The notes beneath the pieces are model-generated. The model searched no databases. It was not told the origin of the DNA and saw nothing but the letters and a program-made list of their open reading frames with translations. The position numbers and the translations under genes are program-made. DNA of 64,000 bases, taken from the NCBI GenBank assembly GCA_964498585.1, contig CAZCHH010000005.1:5506-69505 (forward strand). Reading direction: 5' to 3'. Source of the DNA: an uncultured Hyphomicrobiales bacterium (lineage in GTDB: Bacteria; Bacteroidota; Ignavibacteria; Kapaibacteriales; UBA2268). Shown here in pieces: positions 51,890 through 63,014 of the stretch (position 1 is the stretch's first letter; each line of letters begins with the position of its first letter).

Positions 51890-53287
51890 CTATTTTAACT
51901 TCATTCCTTCATCAAGCAATTCATTTACTTTATTAATGTTTTCTGCCTCTGCATAAAAACGAATAAGCGGCTCTGTTCCGGAAGGACGAATGAGCAGCCA
52001 GCCATTTTCAACAAAGAATTTATACCCATCTTTATAGTTGTATCCAATAACATCATATCTGCCAATTCTAAAAGGTTTTTTCTCGCAGGCAGCAAGTATT
52101 GCATTTTTTTGCTGCTGAGTAACTACTTTATCTCTTCTTAAGAAACGATGTGGTCCGAACTCTTCTTCAAGTTCATCGACGAGTTGTTTCAAAGTTTTGC
52201 CTTGTTTTGCCATAATTTCTAGAACTAGTAAACCATTGAAAAGGCCATCACGTTCAGGAATATGAAGGATTGTGCCTAAACCACCGGATTCTTCACCGCC
52301 AATAATGACTTTATTTTCGTTCATTAGTTTGGCAATGTGCTTGAAACCGACAGGAGTTTCATCTAATTTAATTTTATTCTTTAAGCAGAATTTATCAACC
52401 ATAGAAGTAAGAGAAACTGTTTTAGCAACAATCCCTTTCTTTTTCTTTTCATTGAATAGATAATTGAGTAAAATAAGGAATACCTTATGAGAGTCAACGA
52501 AATTCCCTTCATTATCTACAAGCCCGAGCCGGTCAGCATCGCCATCTGTTGCTATTCCAATATCGTATTTCCCGGCAACAACTTTTTTCATCAGTTCATC
52601 TATATGGGGTGGCATTGGCTCAGGATGGTCAATATCACCAAAAGATGGATTGAATGTACTATGAATCTGTGTTACATTTGGAATAATAGAATTGAAGCAA
52701 TTCATACCGGCGCCATACATTGGGTCGTATAAAATTTTGAATTTTGCTTCAAGAATCGCTGTTATATCAATTTTCTTTTTTATATGGCGAATGTATGAGG
52801 GCTCTGCATCAAAAAGCCGAATCTTATTTGCAGATAAATAATAATCATAAGATTTAAAATTAAATTTAGGGCGCCTTTGTATAACTTTTTTTAATTCTTT
52901 TTCAACAGCAGCTACTTGCTCAGGAGTAGCAGGTCCTCCAAAACTTGCTTTCAACTTAAAACCATTGTATAAAGGTGGATTATGACTTGCTGTGATTACA
53001 ATTCCTAAATCTACAATCTTTTGTTTTGTATGAAAAGAAACCTGTGGAGTTGATGAAAAAGTATTTGTTAAATGCACAAGAATATCCTGCCAAGCAAGTA
53101 CCTGTGCCACTTCTTTTGCAAATTCTTTAGATAAAAAACGAGTGTCATAACCAATAACAACACTTATATTATCTTTTGATATTGATTTTAAATATTTTGC
53201 TGTTGCAAGGGCAACACTTTGTAGATTTTCGAATGTAAAATCTCTGGCAATAAGTCCTCGCCAGCCATCTGTTCCAAATGTAATCAT
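51890..53287 (-). CDS. Phosphoglucomutase/phosphomannomutase family protein
   Basis: FGTDGWRG, ITASHNP, DGDADR, GEESGG, RPSGTEP. Confidence 0.93.
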   Translation of the reverse strand: MITFGTDGWRGLIARDFTFENLQSVALATAKYLKSISKDNISVVIGYDTRFLSKEFAKEVAQVLAWQDILVHLTNTFSSTPQVSFHTKQKIVDLGIVITASHNPPLYNGFKLKASFGGPATPEQVAAVEKELKKVIQRRPKFNFKSYDYYLSANKIRLFDAEPSYIRHIKKKIDITAILEAKFKILYDPMYGAGMNCFNSIIPNVTQIHSTFNPSFGDIDHPEPMPPHIDELMKKVVAGKYDIGIATDGDADRLGLVDNEGNFVDSHKVFLILLNYLFNEKKKKGIVAKTVSLTSMVDKFCLKNKIKLDETPVGFKHIAKLMNENKVIIGGEESGGLGTILHIPERDGLFNGLLVLEIMAKQGKTLKQLVDELEEEFGPHRFLRRDKVVTQQQKNAILAACEKKPFRIGRYDVIGYNYKDGYKFFVENGWLLIRPSGTEPLIRFYAEAENINKVNELLDEGMKLK

Positions 53288-53316
53288 AGTTTTACCTTAT
53301 TGTTAAAAAAAAATTT

Positions 53317-53483
53317 TCAGTTGGCTTTCAGCTGTCGGCTATCAGCTTTCAGCTATATTGGTTATTAAGTTATTTCGTTATTCGGTTATTAAGTTATTCG
53401 TTATTTCGTTATTCGGTTATTAAGTTATTCGTTATTCGGTTATTAAGTTATTTCGTTTGTCGTTATTTGGTTATTAAGTTATT
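53317..53483. repeat. Heptamer (tcagcta-like) and octamer (ggttatta/agttattt/cgttattc) tandem arrays
   Basis: About 15 gttatt-containing units 53360-53483; complementary aataacct array at 53910-53948. Confidence 0.88.
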
Positions 53484-53492
53484 TAATTATTA

Positions 53493-53781
53493 ACTCAACT
53501 TTCCTAGTTGATAAAATAAAGTAAATATAGAGTAGTAGTGCATTACAAATAAAATAATATGCTTTAATCCTTAGAAAATACTACATTTATTAATAGGACT
53601 TTTTAACAGCTCCCCTGCCCCTCCTTGTTAGGAGGGGTATAAGAACTGTTCTGTGTTTTAGTATTCCCCTCCTAACAAGGAGGGGCAAGGGGAGGTGTAT
53701 TTATTGTCTTTTTTACCACTTTTGTTCTTTTCTATATTATTTATATATTACAAACACTTATGACAACTAGGAAAGTTGAGT
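53493..53781. mobile_element. MITE family G with perfect 18 bp TIR and 9 bp flanking direct repeat
   Basis: actcaactttcctagttg / caactaggaaagttgagt; taattatta at 53484-92 and 53782-90; carries a family E double hairpin (~53610-53695). Confidence 0.82.
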
Positions 53782-53790
53782 TAATTATTA

Positions 53791-53899
53791 ACTTACCTTA
53801 CGCATTCCCCTCTTGAGAGGGGAATAAGAAAAGTGGATTAAAAAATGTATCTAAACTACACTTTTTCATTTCTCAAAAGAGCAATTGCGTAAGGTGAGC
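53791..53899. mobile_element. MITE family F copy
   Basis: Near-identical to 43650-43758. Confidence 0.8.
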
Positions 53900-53947
53900 T
53901 ATTAAATCCAATAACCTAATAACCTAATAACCTAATAACCCAACAAC

Positions 53948-55246
<1,299 letters not shown>

Positions 55247-55256
55247 TTAATAATAA

Positions 55257-55580
55257 TTAAATTATGCCTTGTAAACGGGCTTGAATTTGTGCTTTTGGAA
55301 CAGCACCGATGATATTATCGACTACTTCACCATTTTTAAAAATAAAAATTGATGGAATAGAGCGTATGCCATATTGTAAGGCAACTTTTTGATTATTATC
55401 AACATCAAGCTTGCATACTTTAAGCTTGCCATCTAATTCTTTTGCTAAATCTTCGATTATTGGAGCTATCATTCTGCAAGGTCCGCACCAGGTAGCCCAA
55501 AAATCGACTAATACCGGGATTGAGGATTGCAATACCTCGTTATCAAAGCTATCGTCTGTTACGTGCAATAGTTCTGCCAT
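55257..55580 (-). CDS. trxA: Thioredoxin
   Basis: VDFWA.WCGPC, IRSIP. Confidence 0.96.
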   Translation of the reverse strand: MAELLHVTDDSFDNEVLQSSIPVLVDFWATWCGPCRMIAPIIEDLAKELDGKLKVCKLDVDNNQKVALQYGIRSIPSIFIFKNGEVVDNIIGAVPKAQIQARLQGII

Positions 55581-55684
55581 TTCTTTTTCCTTTTTTTATA
55601 TGTATAATAAATAAATTTTTCCTTTTTACTTTTACAAAAATATGAATAATATTTTTTACTTTTTCATTTTTATAAAACAATTTT

Positions 55685-56857
55685 TTAAATATTTTCTATA
55701 ATCATTGCAACTGCCTCGCCACCTCCTATACAAAGAGTAGCGAGTCCAAATTTCTTGTTATAACGTTTTAATGCGTAAATTAATGTAGTTAAAATTCTGG
55801 CGCCGGATGCTCCAATCGGATGACCCAAAGAAACAGCACCGCCGTGTATATTCATTTTTTCAAAAGGAATAGAAAGTTCTTTATGAACTGCTATTGGGAC
55901 GACAGCAAATGCCTCATTTATTTCAAATAAATCGATGTCTTGCAAACTCATTTTAGCTTTTTCCAATACTTTTTTTATAGCTCCAATAGGAGCAGTAGTA
56001 AACCATTCGGGCGCTTGTGAAAAAGAACAGTGAGCAATTATTTTTGCAATGGGTTTTTTCTTAAGTTTTTCTGCTTTTTCTTCAGAGCATACAATAATTG
56101 CAGCAGCCCCATCATTAATAGAAGAAGCATTTGCAGCAGTAATAGTTCCATCTTGCTTAAATACTGATTTCAATTTAGAAAATTTTTCAAAATCTGCTTT
56201 TCCGGGTTCTTCATCTTCACTAAATAAAAATTTTTCCTTTTTTGTTTCTATTGAAACTGGAACAATTTCGTCTTTAAAAAATCCGCTTTTTTGAGCATCT
56301 AAAGCACGACTATAGCTTAATTTAGCAAACTCGTCTTGTTCTGTGCGGGAAATAGAATATTTTTCTGCACAAAGTTCTGCTGCACTCCCCATGTGGATAT
56401 TATTATAAACGTCCCAAAGTCCATCATGAATCATAGAATCAACAAGCTGGGTATTTCCCATTTTCAGTCCGTTCCTTGCATTGAAAAGCAAATATGGAGC
56501 TGATGACATTGATTCCTGTCCGCCAGCAATAACGATTTCAGCATCATTACATTTAATCGCCTGGTCGGCAAGCATAACGGCTTTAAGTCCGCTTCCACAA
56601 ACTTTGTTTATTGTCAAGCATTGAACGCTGTTTGGTAAACCAGCATAAATAGCTGCTTGTCGTGCAGGTGCCTGACCTGCGCCGGCAGTTAAAACCTGTC
56701 CCATTATAACATCAGAAATATCTTCTTTACTTAAATTTGCTCTTTTAATTGCTTCTACAATTACTTTTGCACCGATTTGGGGAGCAGAATAATTGGATAA
56801 TCCACCAAGAAATGCACCTATCGGAGTTCTAACCGCGGATAAAATTACAGAATTCAT
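55685..56857 (-). CDS. Acetyl-CoA C-acetyltransferase (thiolase)
   Basis: NKVCGSG, NEAFA, GHPIGASG, LCIGGG. Confidence 0.95.
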   Translation of the reverse strand: MNSVILSAVRTPIGAFLGGLSNYSAPQIGAKVIVEAIKRANLSKEDISDVIMGQVLTAGAGQAPARQAAIYAGLPNSVQCLTINKVCGSGLKAVMLADQAIKCNDAEIVIAGGQESMSSAPYLLFNARNGLKMGNTQLVDSMIHDGLWDVYNNIHMGSAAELCAEKYSISRTEQDEFAKLSYSRALDAQKSGFFKDEIVPVSIETKKEKFLFSEDEEPGKADFEKFSKLKSVFKQDGTITAANASSINDGAAAIIVCSEEKAEKLKKKPIAKIIAHCSFSQAPEWFTTAPIGAIKKVLEKAKMSLQDIDLFEINEAFAVVPIAVHKELSIPFEKMNIHGGAVSLGHPIGASGARILTTLIYALKRYNKKFGLATLCIGGGEAVAMIIENI

Positions 56858-57158
56858 TTTTTCTTTATTTCTTCATTCGTTTAAAAAATAACAAGTTAAT
56901 ACCTTAATTTTAAAGCAAAAACCTGAAAGAGTATATTATTTTATTAATTTTAAGTTGTTAAAAAACAGTTTTAAACCAAAAATAACATCACCATTTCTAT
57001 GAGTAAAAATAATAAATTTAATTCTAAAATCAAAAATAAAACTGATTCATTCAAATTTTAATCTGCCTGTATTTTATTAAGGAATGCTATTGAAATATTG
57101 TGATTTTCGAATATCATTGTTTTCAGTGTTCTTTGAGATTTTTCCACTGAAAACACTA

Positions 57159-57439
57159 AAAGGAAAAATTATTTAAATAGAGAGAAATAAAATACATAAG
57201 TAAGCGTGGTCTTACTTCTGTCTGAACTGTGATTTTTGTGATTTATTTGATTAAGATGATTAAGAAATAAAATCATCTCTTAATCATAAAAATCAAACAA
57301 ATCATAGTTCAAGACAAAAATAAATTTGCTTTGTATTAAAAATATAATTAATTTGAAATATTGAAAAAACAAAATATTTGAAAGGAAAAGCTATTTAAAT
57401 ATAGTGAAATAAAATAAATATGTAAGCGTGGTCTTACTT
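57159..57439 (+). repeat. 59 bp direct repeat pair (57159-57217, 57381-57439) with an intervening long palindrome (57219-57316)
   Basis: Both copies end gtaagcgtggtcttactt; palindrome tgaactgtgattt...aaatcatagttca. Confidence 0.8.
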
Positions 57440-57494
57440 GCGTTCTAATTTAAGAAATAAATACTTTACTTTTATTCATAGTTAGGAGCTATCT

Positions 57495-59021
57495 ATGAAA
57501 ATTTTTATTAAAATCATTGTTTTAATTACATTAATTTGTTATGCAAAACAATTACAAGCTCAGATAATTCCAAAAGATACAATGAAGTTGTTTTTTGGAA
57601 AAAACAGTGCATCCTGTGAAATGTTTCTTTCTGAAAGCAAACTTTACATCTCTACAAAAAAACCTGCCTACACCAAAGAAGTCAAAATTGACACCATCCG
57701 TTATAGCATAACAGTCAATATCTACACTGACTTTTCAAAAAAAGTCCAAATTGTAGGGCAAGAAGAGCCAATGCAAGTAAAGGAATTTGACAAAGAAAAC
57801 AAGCAAATAGTGCTTGAATTAAACGATTCAAGAACAAGCATATCAAAAGTCAATTTAAATGATGGAAAAGTGATAAGCTACACTCTCAATACCGGCAAGC
57901 AAATTTCAGACTCTTACGGTTGGGTTTCATCAATTAGCATCCCATCGGAACCTTCTTCAGAAGGCACAACCTACTATTATCCAGTAGAACTTTCTTTCGA
58001 ATGTGTAAACAGCAACAAAACTCTTGGAGATGAAATCCAAATGCCTCTTGGTTTGGTTAGCGCGGCAGGATTTGAAAATCCAAGAGGAGAGGATGAATTG
58101 GAAGTCAAAATAGTATCTCTAACTCGGCGTGCATTCAAGGAAAGCGGCGGATTTAATGTAATTGCTCCTTATATGCAAATAACAAGCTCTGCCGATGAAT
58201 CTTACAACAGAATGAGAATCCAAGATGTTCATTGTGCTTATGATTGGGTTTTTCCCACAACTGTCCTATACTCTATGAAAGATTATCCGACCGGCACTCC
58301 CTATCCGTATGCTTATCACAATGCATCTGTGCTTTGTAATGGCGTGCCAAATCCTAGCAAGCAATTTCAGTTAGCTAGGGAAGCTACTCATGTAATGGAT
58401 TCGGCTCAAAATTGGAGGAGAATTGGGATATGTTATTCTTACGATACTAACTATGCCGATACTCGAGGTGCGCCGATAGTTTATCTCATTCAATCGGATT
58501 CCACTTATTTCGTTACTTCTTATATCGCTCCGTCAATTTCTGGGGAGTTCTACCCGTCATATCAACTATTGGCTCTGCGGGACAAAAACAACTCCTATAT
58601 TGCCTTCTCCAAACAATCTTCAAAAAATCCTGCCGCCCTCTTCTACAACGACGCTTCCATAGAGCGAATCTCAAATGACACAACTCTCTATCGCATCAAC
58701 ATTCCCAACTATTTCACTCTTGAGTGGAAGACTGATTCCATATATAGCGATGTTCAGGAAGCAGTTCTCATCAAAAAAGAAATTAATTTTTATCCAAATC
58801 CTGCAAATAATATTCTAAATATATACTTTAATTCATTAAATATATCTAATACAAAAATTACAATTTTAAATACATTTGGGAATAAAGTTAAAGAAATAAA
58901 CTTCAATAGCATTGAAAATGAATTTAAGATAAATATTTCTGAATTACCAGTTGGTATTTATATTATAGTATTAACAGCAAAAGATTTTTCTCAAAGCCAG
59001 AAATTAGTAATAATAAGGTAG
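57495..59021 (+). CDS. Exported protein with T9SS type A sorting domain, unknown core
   Basis: aggag RBS, signal peptide, CTD FYPNPA...N.FG..V...LPVGIY. Confidence 0.85.
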   Translation: MKIFIKIIVLITLICYAKQLQAQIIPKDTMKLFFGKNSASCEMFLSESKLYISTKKPAYTKEVKIDTIRYSITVNIYTDFSKKVQIVGQEEPMQVKEFDKENKQIVLELNDSRTSISKVNLNDGKVISYTLNTGKQISDSYGWVSSISIPSEPSSEGTTYYYPVELSFECVNSNKTLGDEIQMPLGLVSAAGFENPRGEDELEVKIVSLTRRAFKESGGFNVIAPYMQITSSADESYNRMRIQDVHCAYDWVFPTTVLYSMKDYPTGTPYPYAYHNASVLCNGVPNPSKQFQLAREATHVMDSAQNWRRIGICYSYDTNYADTRGAPIVYLIQSDSTYFVTSYIAPSISGEFYPSYQLLALRDKNNSYIAFSKQSSKNPAALFYNDASIERISNDTTLYRINIPNYFTLEWKTDSIYSDVQEAVLIKKEINFYPNPANNILNIYFNSLNISNTKITILNTFGNKVKEINFNSIENEFKINISELPVGIYIIVLTAKDFSQSQKLVIIR

Positions 59022-59074
59022 CTTTAACAATATACTCATCCGATGACTGGGAAGTCATCGGATGAGTAAAAAAT

Positions 59075-59121
59075 AAAAAGACGCCACTCTTTCCAATGGT
59101 GGCGTTTTCTTTTATTCTCAA
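59075..59121 (+). repeat. Family M hairpin repeat, copy 1 of 3 (others 59806-59851, 60359-60405)
   Basis: aaaaa-acgccac-yy-tttcca-..-tggcgttttcttt; all three in the same orientation. Confidence 0.88.
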
Positions 59122-59191
59122 TTTTTCTAAAATATTATATTTTTATTTTCGTTTAAAACTAATAGTATATAAAATAATTAAATTTAAAATT

Positions 59192-59398
59192 ATGAATGAT
59201 GAAGTTTTATATAGCCAAATATCTGCATTACCTTTTAATCTAAAAAATGAATTAATTGATTATATGGAGTTTTTAATTAGTAAATATACTCCTAAAGATG
59301 AAAAGCTACATCCCAAAGCTGGCTGTATGAAAGGAATGTTTGTAATGTCAGATGATTTCAATGATGAACTTGATTGTTTTAAAGAATACGTCCAATGA
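59192..59398 (+). CDS. DUF2281/VapB-like antitoxin
   Basis: LP..LK.E..DY.EFL..K, G.MKG.F.MSDDF.D.LD.FKEY; ATGA-coupled to the PIN gene. Confidence 0.85.
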   Translation: MNDEVLYSQISALPFNLKNELIDYMEFLISKYTPKDEKLHPKAGCMKGMFVMSDDFNDELDCFKEYVQ

Positions 59399-59793
59399 AA
59401 CTATTATTAGATACGCAGGCATTTATTTGGTTTGTAGAAAATGATTGGAATTTACCTCATAAAGTTAAAAATGCTATTGAACTGCCTCAGAATACAATAA
59501 TTATTAGCATAGCTTCTCTTTGGGAAATGACAATTAAAATAAGTATAGGTAAATTGAAATTAAATTTTAGATTAGAAGAAATGTTCGAACAAATAACTAA
59601 TAATGGTTTTACTCTATTACCAATACTACCAAAACATCTATTTCAATTAAGCAACCTTCCAATGCATCACAACGACCCTTTCGACAGATTAATTATTGCT
59701 CAGGCGAAAAGCGAAAATATGCCTGTAGTTACTTCTGATGATAAATTCAGCGAATATAGTATTACAAGAATTTGGAAAAATACTTTAGAATAA
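59395..59793 (+). CDS. vapC: PIN-domain VapC toxin
   Basis: LLDT..FIW, S.ASLWE..IK...GKL, H.DPFDR.IIAQA, T.D. Confidence 0.92.
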   Translation: MKLLLDTQAFIWFVENDWNLPHKVKNAIELPQNTIIISIASLWEMTIKISIGKLKLNFRLEEMFEQITNNGFTLLPILPKHLFQLSNLPMHHNDPFDRLIIAQAKSENMPVVTSDDKFSEYSITRIWKNTLE

Positions 59794-59853
59794 TTTTTTT
59801 CAAACAAAAAACGCCACCCTTTTTCCAAGCTTGGCGTTTTCTTTACACAAATA

Positions 59854-60125
59854 TTAATTATAAGCTTCTTTTCTGTGCCTTACAATCATTATATTAATAT
59901 TGTTTTCATCATCATATATTTCAAAACCACTCTATAATCTCCAATTCTTATGCGATAATCATTATAAGACCCTTTTAATTTCTTACATCCTAAAGGTCTT
60001 GGATTTTCTGCTAAAGCTAAGATTTTTTGAGAAATACGATTTAACAATGATTTATCAAATTTGTTCAACTCTTTTTCAGCAGTTTCTTCGATGAATATTT
60101 CATACAACTTGTTTTTCATTGACAT
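59854..60125 (-). pseudogene. RelE/ParE-family toxin with a single-base frameshift
   Basis: L..NPRP.G.KKLKG...YRIRIGDYRVV; adding one T near 59923-59926 gives FEIYDDENNINIMIVRHRKEAYN*. Confidence 0.82.
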
Positions 60126-60303
60126 ATTCAGAAAATTTTCTAAATTTTAATGGTCGCTTTCTTGCTTCCTTTAAATATGCTATGTCCTCATCGTCTTCAA
60201 TTTTTTCTATTATTTCATTAAATATATCAATATCAATAACTGCTGCAATAGCTTTATTATCACGGTAGATATAATCTGGTTTTATTTTTGAAACTGTTAA
60301 CAT
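60100..60303 (-). CDS. Antitoxin partner of the RelE toxin
   Basis: ATG at 60303; AAVIDI..F....E..ED.EDI..L.EAR pattern; overlaps the toxin start. Confidence 0.72.
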   Translation of the reverse strand: MLTVSKIKPDYIYRDNKAIAAVIDIDIFNEIIEKIEDDEDIAYLKEARKRPLKFRKFSEYVNEKQVV

Positions 60304-60475
60304 CTTTTCCTCGTTTTTTTTCAAATATAAAAATAACAAATTTATTCTAAAACACCAAAAAAAACGCCACCCTTTTTCCAAGTGTGTCGTTTTCTTTTAT
60401 TCAAAACAATTGATAAGTATAAAATAATTAATCAAAAAAACGTTTTTAATTCTTTTATAATTATACTAATTAGTT

Positions 60476-60697
60476 ATGCAAGTAATTAATAAAATATCAA
60501 ATTTACAGTATGAACTTCTTAAATTAAATGCAAATAACATTACTGAAGAAGATTTGATTGAAATAAAAAAAATGTTAGCCGCGTATTTTGCAAATAAGCT
60601 CGATTCTTCTTTTGATACATTTTACGAAAGTGAAAGCTTAAATCCTGATATTTTACAAAGTTTGGCTAATGAACATAACAGAGTATCAATCTTATGA
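60476..60697 (+). CDS. Putative antitoxin upstream of a PIN toxin
   Basis: SNLQ.ELLK......E.DL.EIK.ML..YFA pattern; ATGA overlap with the PIN gene. Confidence 0.7.
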   Translation: MQVINKISNLQYELLKLNANNITEEDLIEIKKMLAAYFANKLDSSFDTFYESESLNPDILQSLANEHNRVSIL

Positions 60698-60837
60698 AAG
60701 TAGTCATTGATACTAATGTAATTATTTCTTCAATCGGTAAGTTTTCTCCCAATAGAAATATTTTTATGCTATACTAAAGAATAAAATTGATTTATGCATT
60801 TCAAATGAAGTACTTTTTGAGTATAGTGAAGTATTAA
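60694..60837 (+). pseudogene. PIN-family toxin 5' fragment, frameshifted and truncated by an IS
   Basis: MKVVIDTNVIISS..., then after a frameshift near 60765 AILKNKIDLCISNEVLFEYSEVL; ends at the IS terminal repeat. Confidence 0.8.
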
Positions 60838-62253
60838 GGGTCACATCAAAAAATTGGGGATTAGGCAAATAATTTGTGTACCCTAAATAAAAAGAAACTC
60901 CTATCTACTACTCCCCGTAAATTGGCTCTAAATAATTTTAGCTTCGAATTAAATGACTCGGCATTCGCGTTTGTATTCCGATTTATAAAAAAATTCAATA
61001 TATTTGATAAATTACTTCGTATTGTGTAGGATACTGTATTAAACTCTTTAATTTTTAATGTTTCTGTCTTTTTTATCCAATCGTTTAGCAATTGTTCTGC
61101 TTCACCCTTGCTTGTTCGTTCGTATATGTTTCTAAGTTCCATTACGTGATTATATCCAATTTGTAATTCAGGATAATAACGAAAAAGAAGGTCTGTTCGC
61201 TCTCTTTGATTTTGAGTCCATTCTGTCGGTTTCTTACAAAGTATATATCTACAGCGGGCTAACAATTGTTTCATCGTATCTCCATTTGACAATTCTTACG
61301 GCTTATATTTCTTCCCTGCTTTCTTGGCGGTTTATATGTTTTCATTCTCTTGGTCTAATGCTTCCCAACGATACTTTATTCGTAGGTGCTGCAATGCCTC
61401 TATTGCTAAACGAATTACATGAAATCTATCTGTTACTAAAATTGCGTCCGGAAAGGATTGTCTAACTGATGATTCCATATTGTTTGCCATATCCATTGTT
61501 ACTTCCTTTACTTTTTTACGCTCCTCTATTAATTTTTTTGTTAATACTTCTACTATGTCTTTCGTTTATGTTCCTTTGATTGAAGCTACTAATGTTCCTT
61601 TCTTGCCTTTGCCATCTTTATTGGTAACAAATGTGTATAATTCGCCTTGTGATAGTGATAATTCATCTATACTTAAATGTGGACCTATGTTTTCCTTAAA
61701 TAGCATATAATCTTCTGAATGCTCTTTTTGAGACCAACTTTCATATCCGCTAGTTTGCTTCTTATAATGACGGCGTGCCATATTGGCTGGTATGCATAGA
61801 TTCTTAGCTATCTGACTTATCGGTTCCTCTCGAGTATCAATCTGTTGATTTTAAAAAATCCGATAGTTCTTTCGTTATTTTTGAACCTTCAGCTATAAAC
61901 GTATAATCATTTTGTATCTCACTTTTGGTTTGCTTGTTACGCCAGTGGCTACGCTTTATCCTTAAGTAAACAGCTTTCCCGCGTATCGGGAAATCCTGGA
62001 TTGTCTTTTCTGCATAGAAACCTTTTGATTCATACTGGGTACTATCATAAGCAGATGGTATCTGATTTATCTCTTCTAAATATGTGTATATAACTTTTTC
62101 TTTACTATCTTTATTTTCTATTTCTTCTATTTTTGTTATAGAAAATAATCAAGTAGCCCGGTGGGTAATAACATTTGCAATAAATCTTTTTCCATCTTTC
62201 CTCACTATTTTTTTACAAATATAACTATTTTCCCTATTTATTTGATATGTCCC
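60838..62253 (-). mobile_element. Decayed ISL3-family (ISAon1-like, two-ORF) insertion sequence
   Basis: Ends gggtcacatcaaa / tttgatatgtccc (11/13); fragments QDFPIRGKAVYL, SIDELSLSQGELYT, DRFHVIRLA, RNTNANAESFNSK.K.FR; several frameshifts. Confidence 0.88.
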
Positions 62254-62746
62254 AACATTCATCAGAATTAGACGGTTGTTAGGTATTAAAGACAGATGTT
62301 CCAAATTCTGAAATGAGCAAAGAAGTGATACATGACCGATATAAAGATTTAAATGATGTAGAGTTTACATTTATGACAATGAAGACGACATTAGAGGATT
62401 TGAAGCTCATATTTGTAAGTGAAGAGGAACAAACGCGTGGACATGTATTTGTAGTAGTGCTGGCATATGTGATTACGAAATACATAAGCGACGAATGTAA
62501 AGAATTAGGATATACACGGGCTCATATCATAGACAGTTTAGATAAGATACAGCAGTTTGAGTATGATTTAAAAAGTACAGTAATAAAAGCAGTATCAGAG
62601 CAATTATTACCATATCAACAAAATATAATCAATAAATTGGGAATAAAATTGTAGCTAAAAAGTGAGATAACATATTGACGACATAATGAATTGATTTATC
62701 AATATGTTACACCACTTTTTACCTTTATTTTTGCTCGGAAGTTCAG
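62254..62746 (+). mobile_element. 3' remnant of an IS1634-family element
   Basis: ELDGC*VLKTD, RYKDL..VE..F..MKT, TRGHVFV..LAY; probable right end cggaagttcag at 62736-62746. Confidence 0.75.
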
Positions 62747-62849
62747 TTAAAAGTGATTCTGAATGACAGAAAAAGAAAAGATATCAATGGTAACTCACAA
62801 TTATAAGGATTTTAACTACAAGTTCTAATATATAACAACAATTTAAATA

Positions 62850-62960
62850 ACTCACCTTACGCAATTCAATTTTAAGATTTTAAAAAGTTAAGTTGATACA
62901 CTATTTTCTTTTTTACACAAGTACAATTCACCTCTCAAGAGGAGAATGCGTAATGTGAGT
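62850..62960. mobile_element. MITE family F, inverted diverged copy
   Basis: actcaccttacgca ... tgcgtaatgtgagt with internal cctctcaagagg. Confidence 0.7.
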
Positions 62961-63014
62961 TAAATGAAACACCTTTATTTATTAAAAAATTTTTTAAAAT
63001 ATTTAAGGTCTATC

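Noticed and set aside
53317-53483. CRISPR array
   Set aside because: 7-8 nt tandem units with no unique spacers and no cas genes
59075-60405. Canonical integron attC array or CRISPR
   Set aside because: No RYYYAAC/GTTRRRY boxes, AAC-to-GTT span under 30 bp, cargo in both orientations, no intI; intervals of 550-730 bp are genes, not CRISPR spacers
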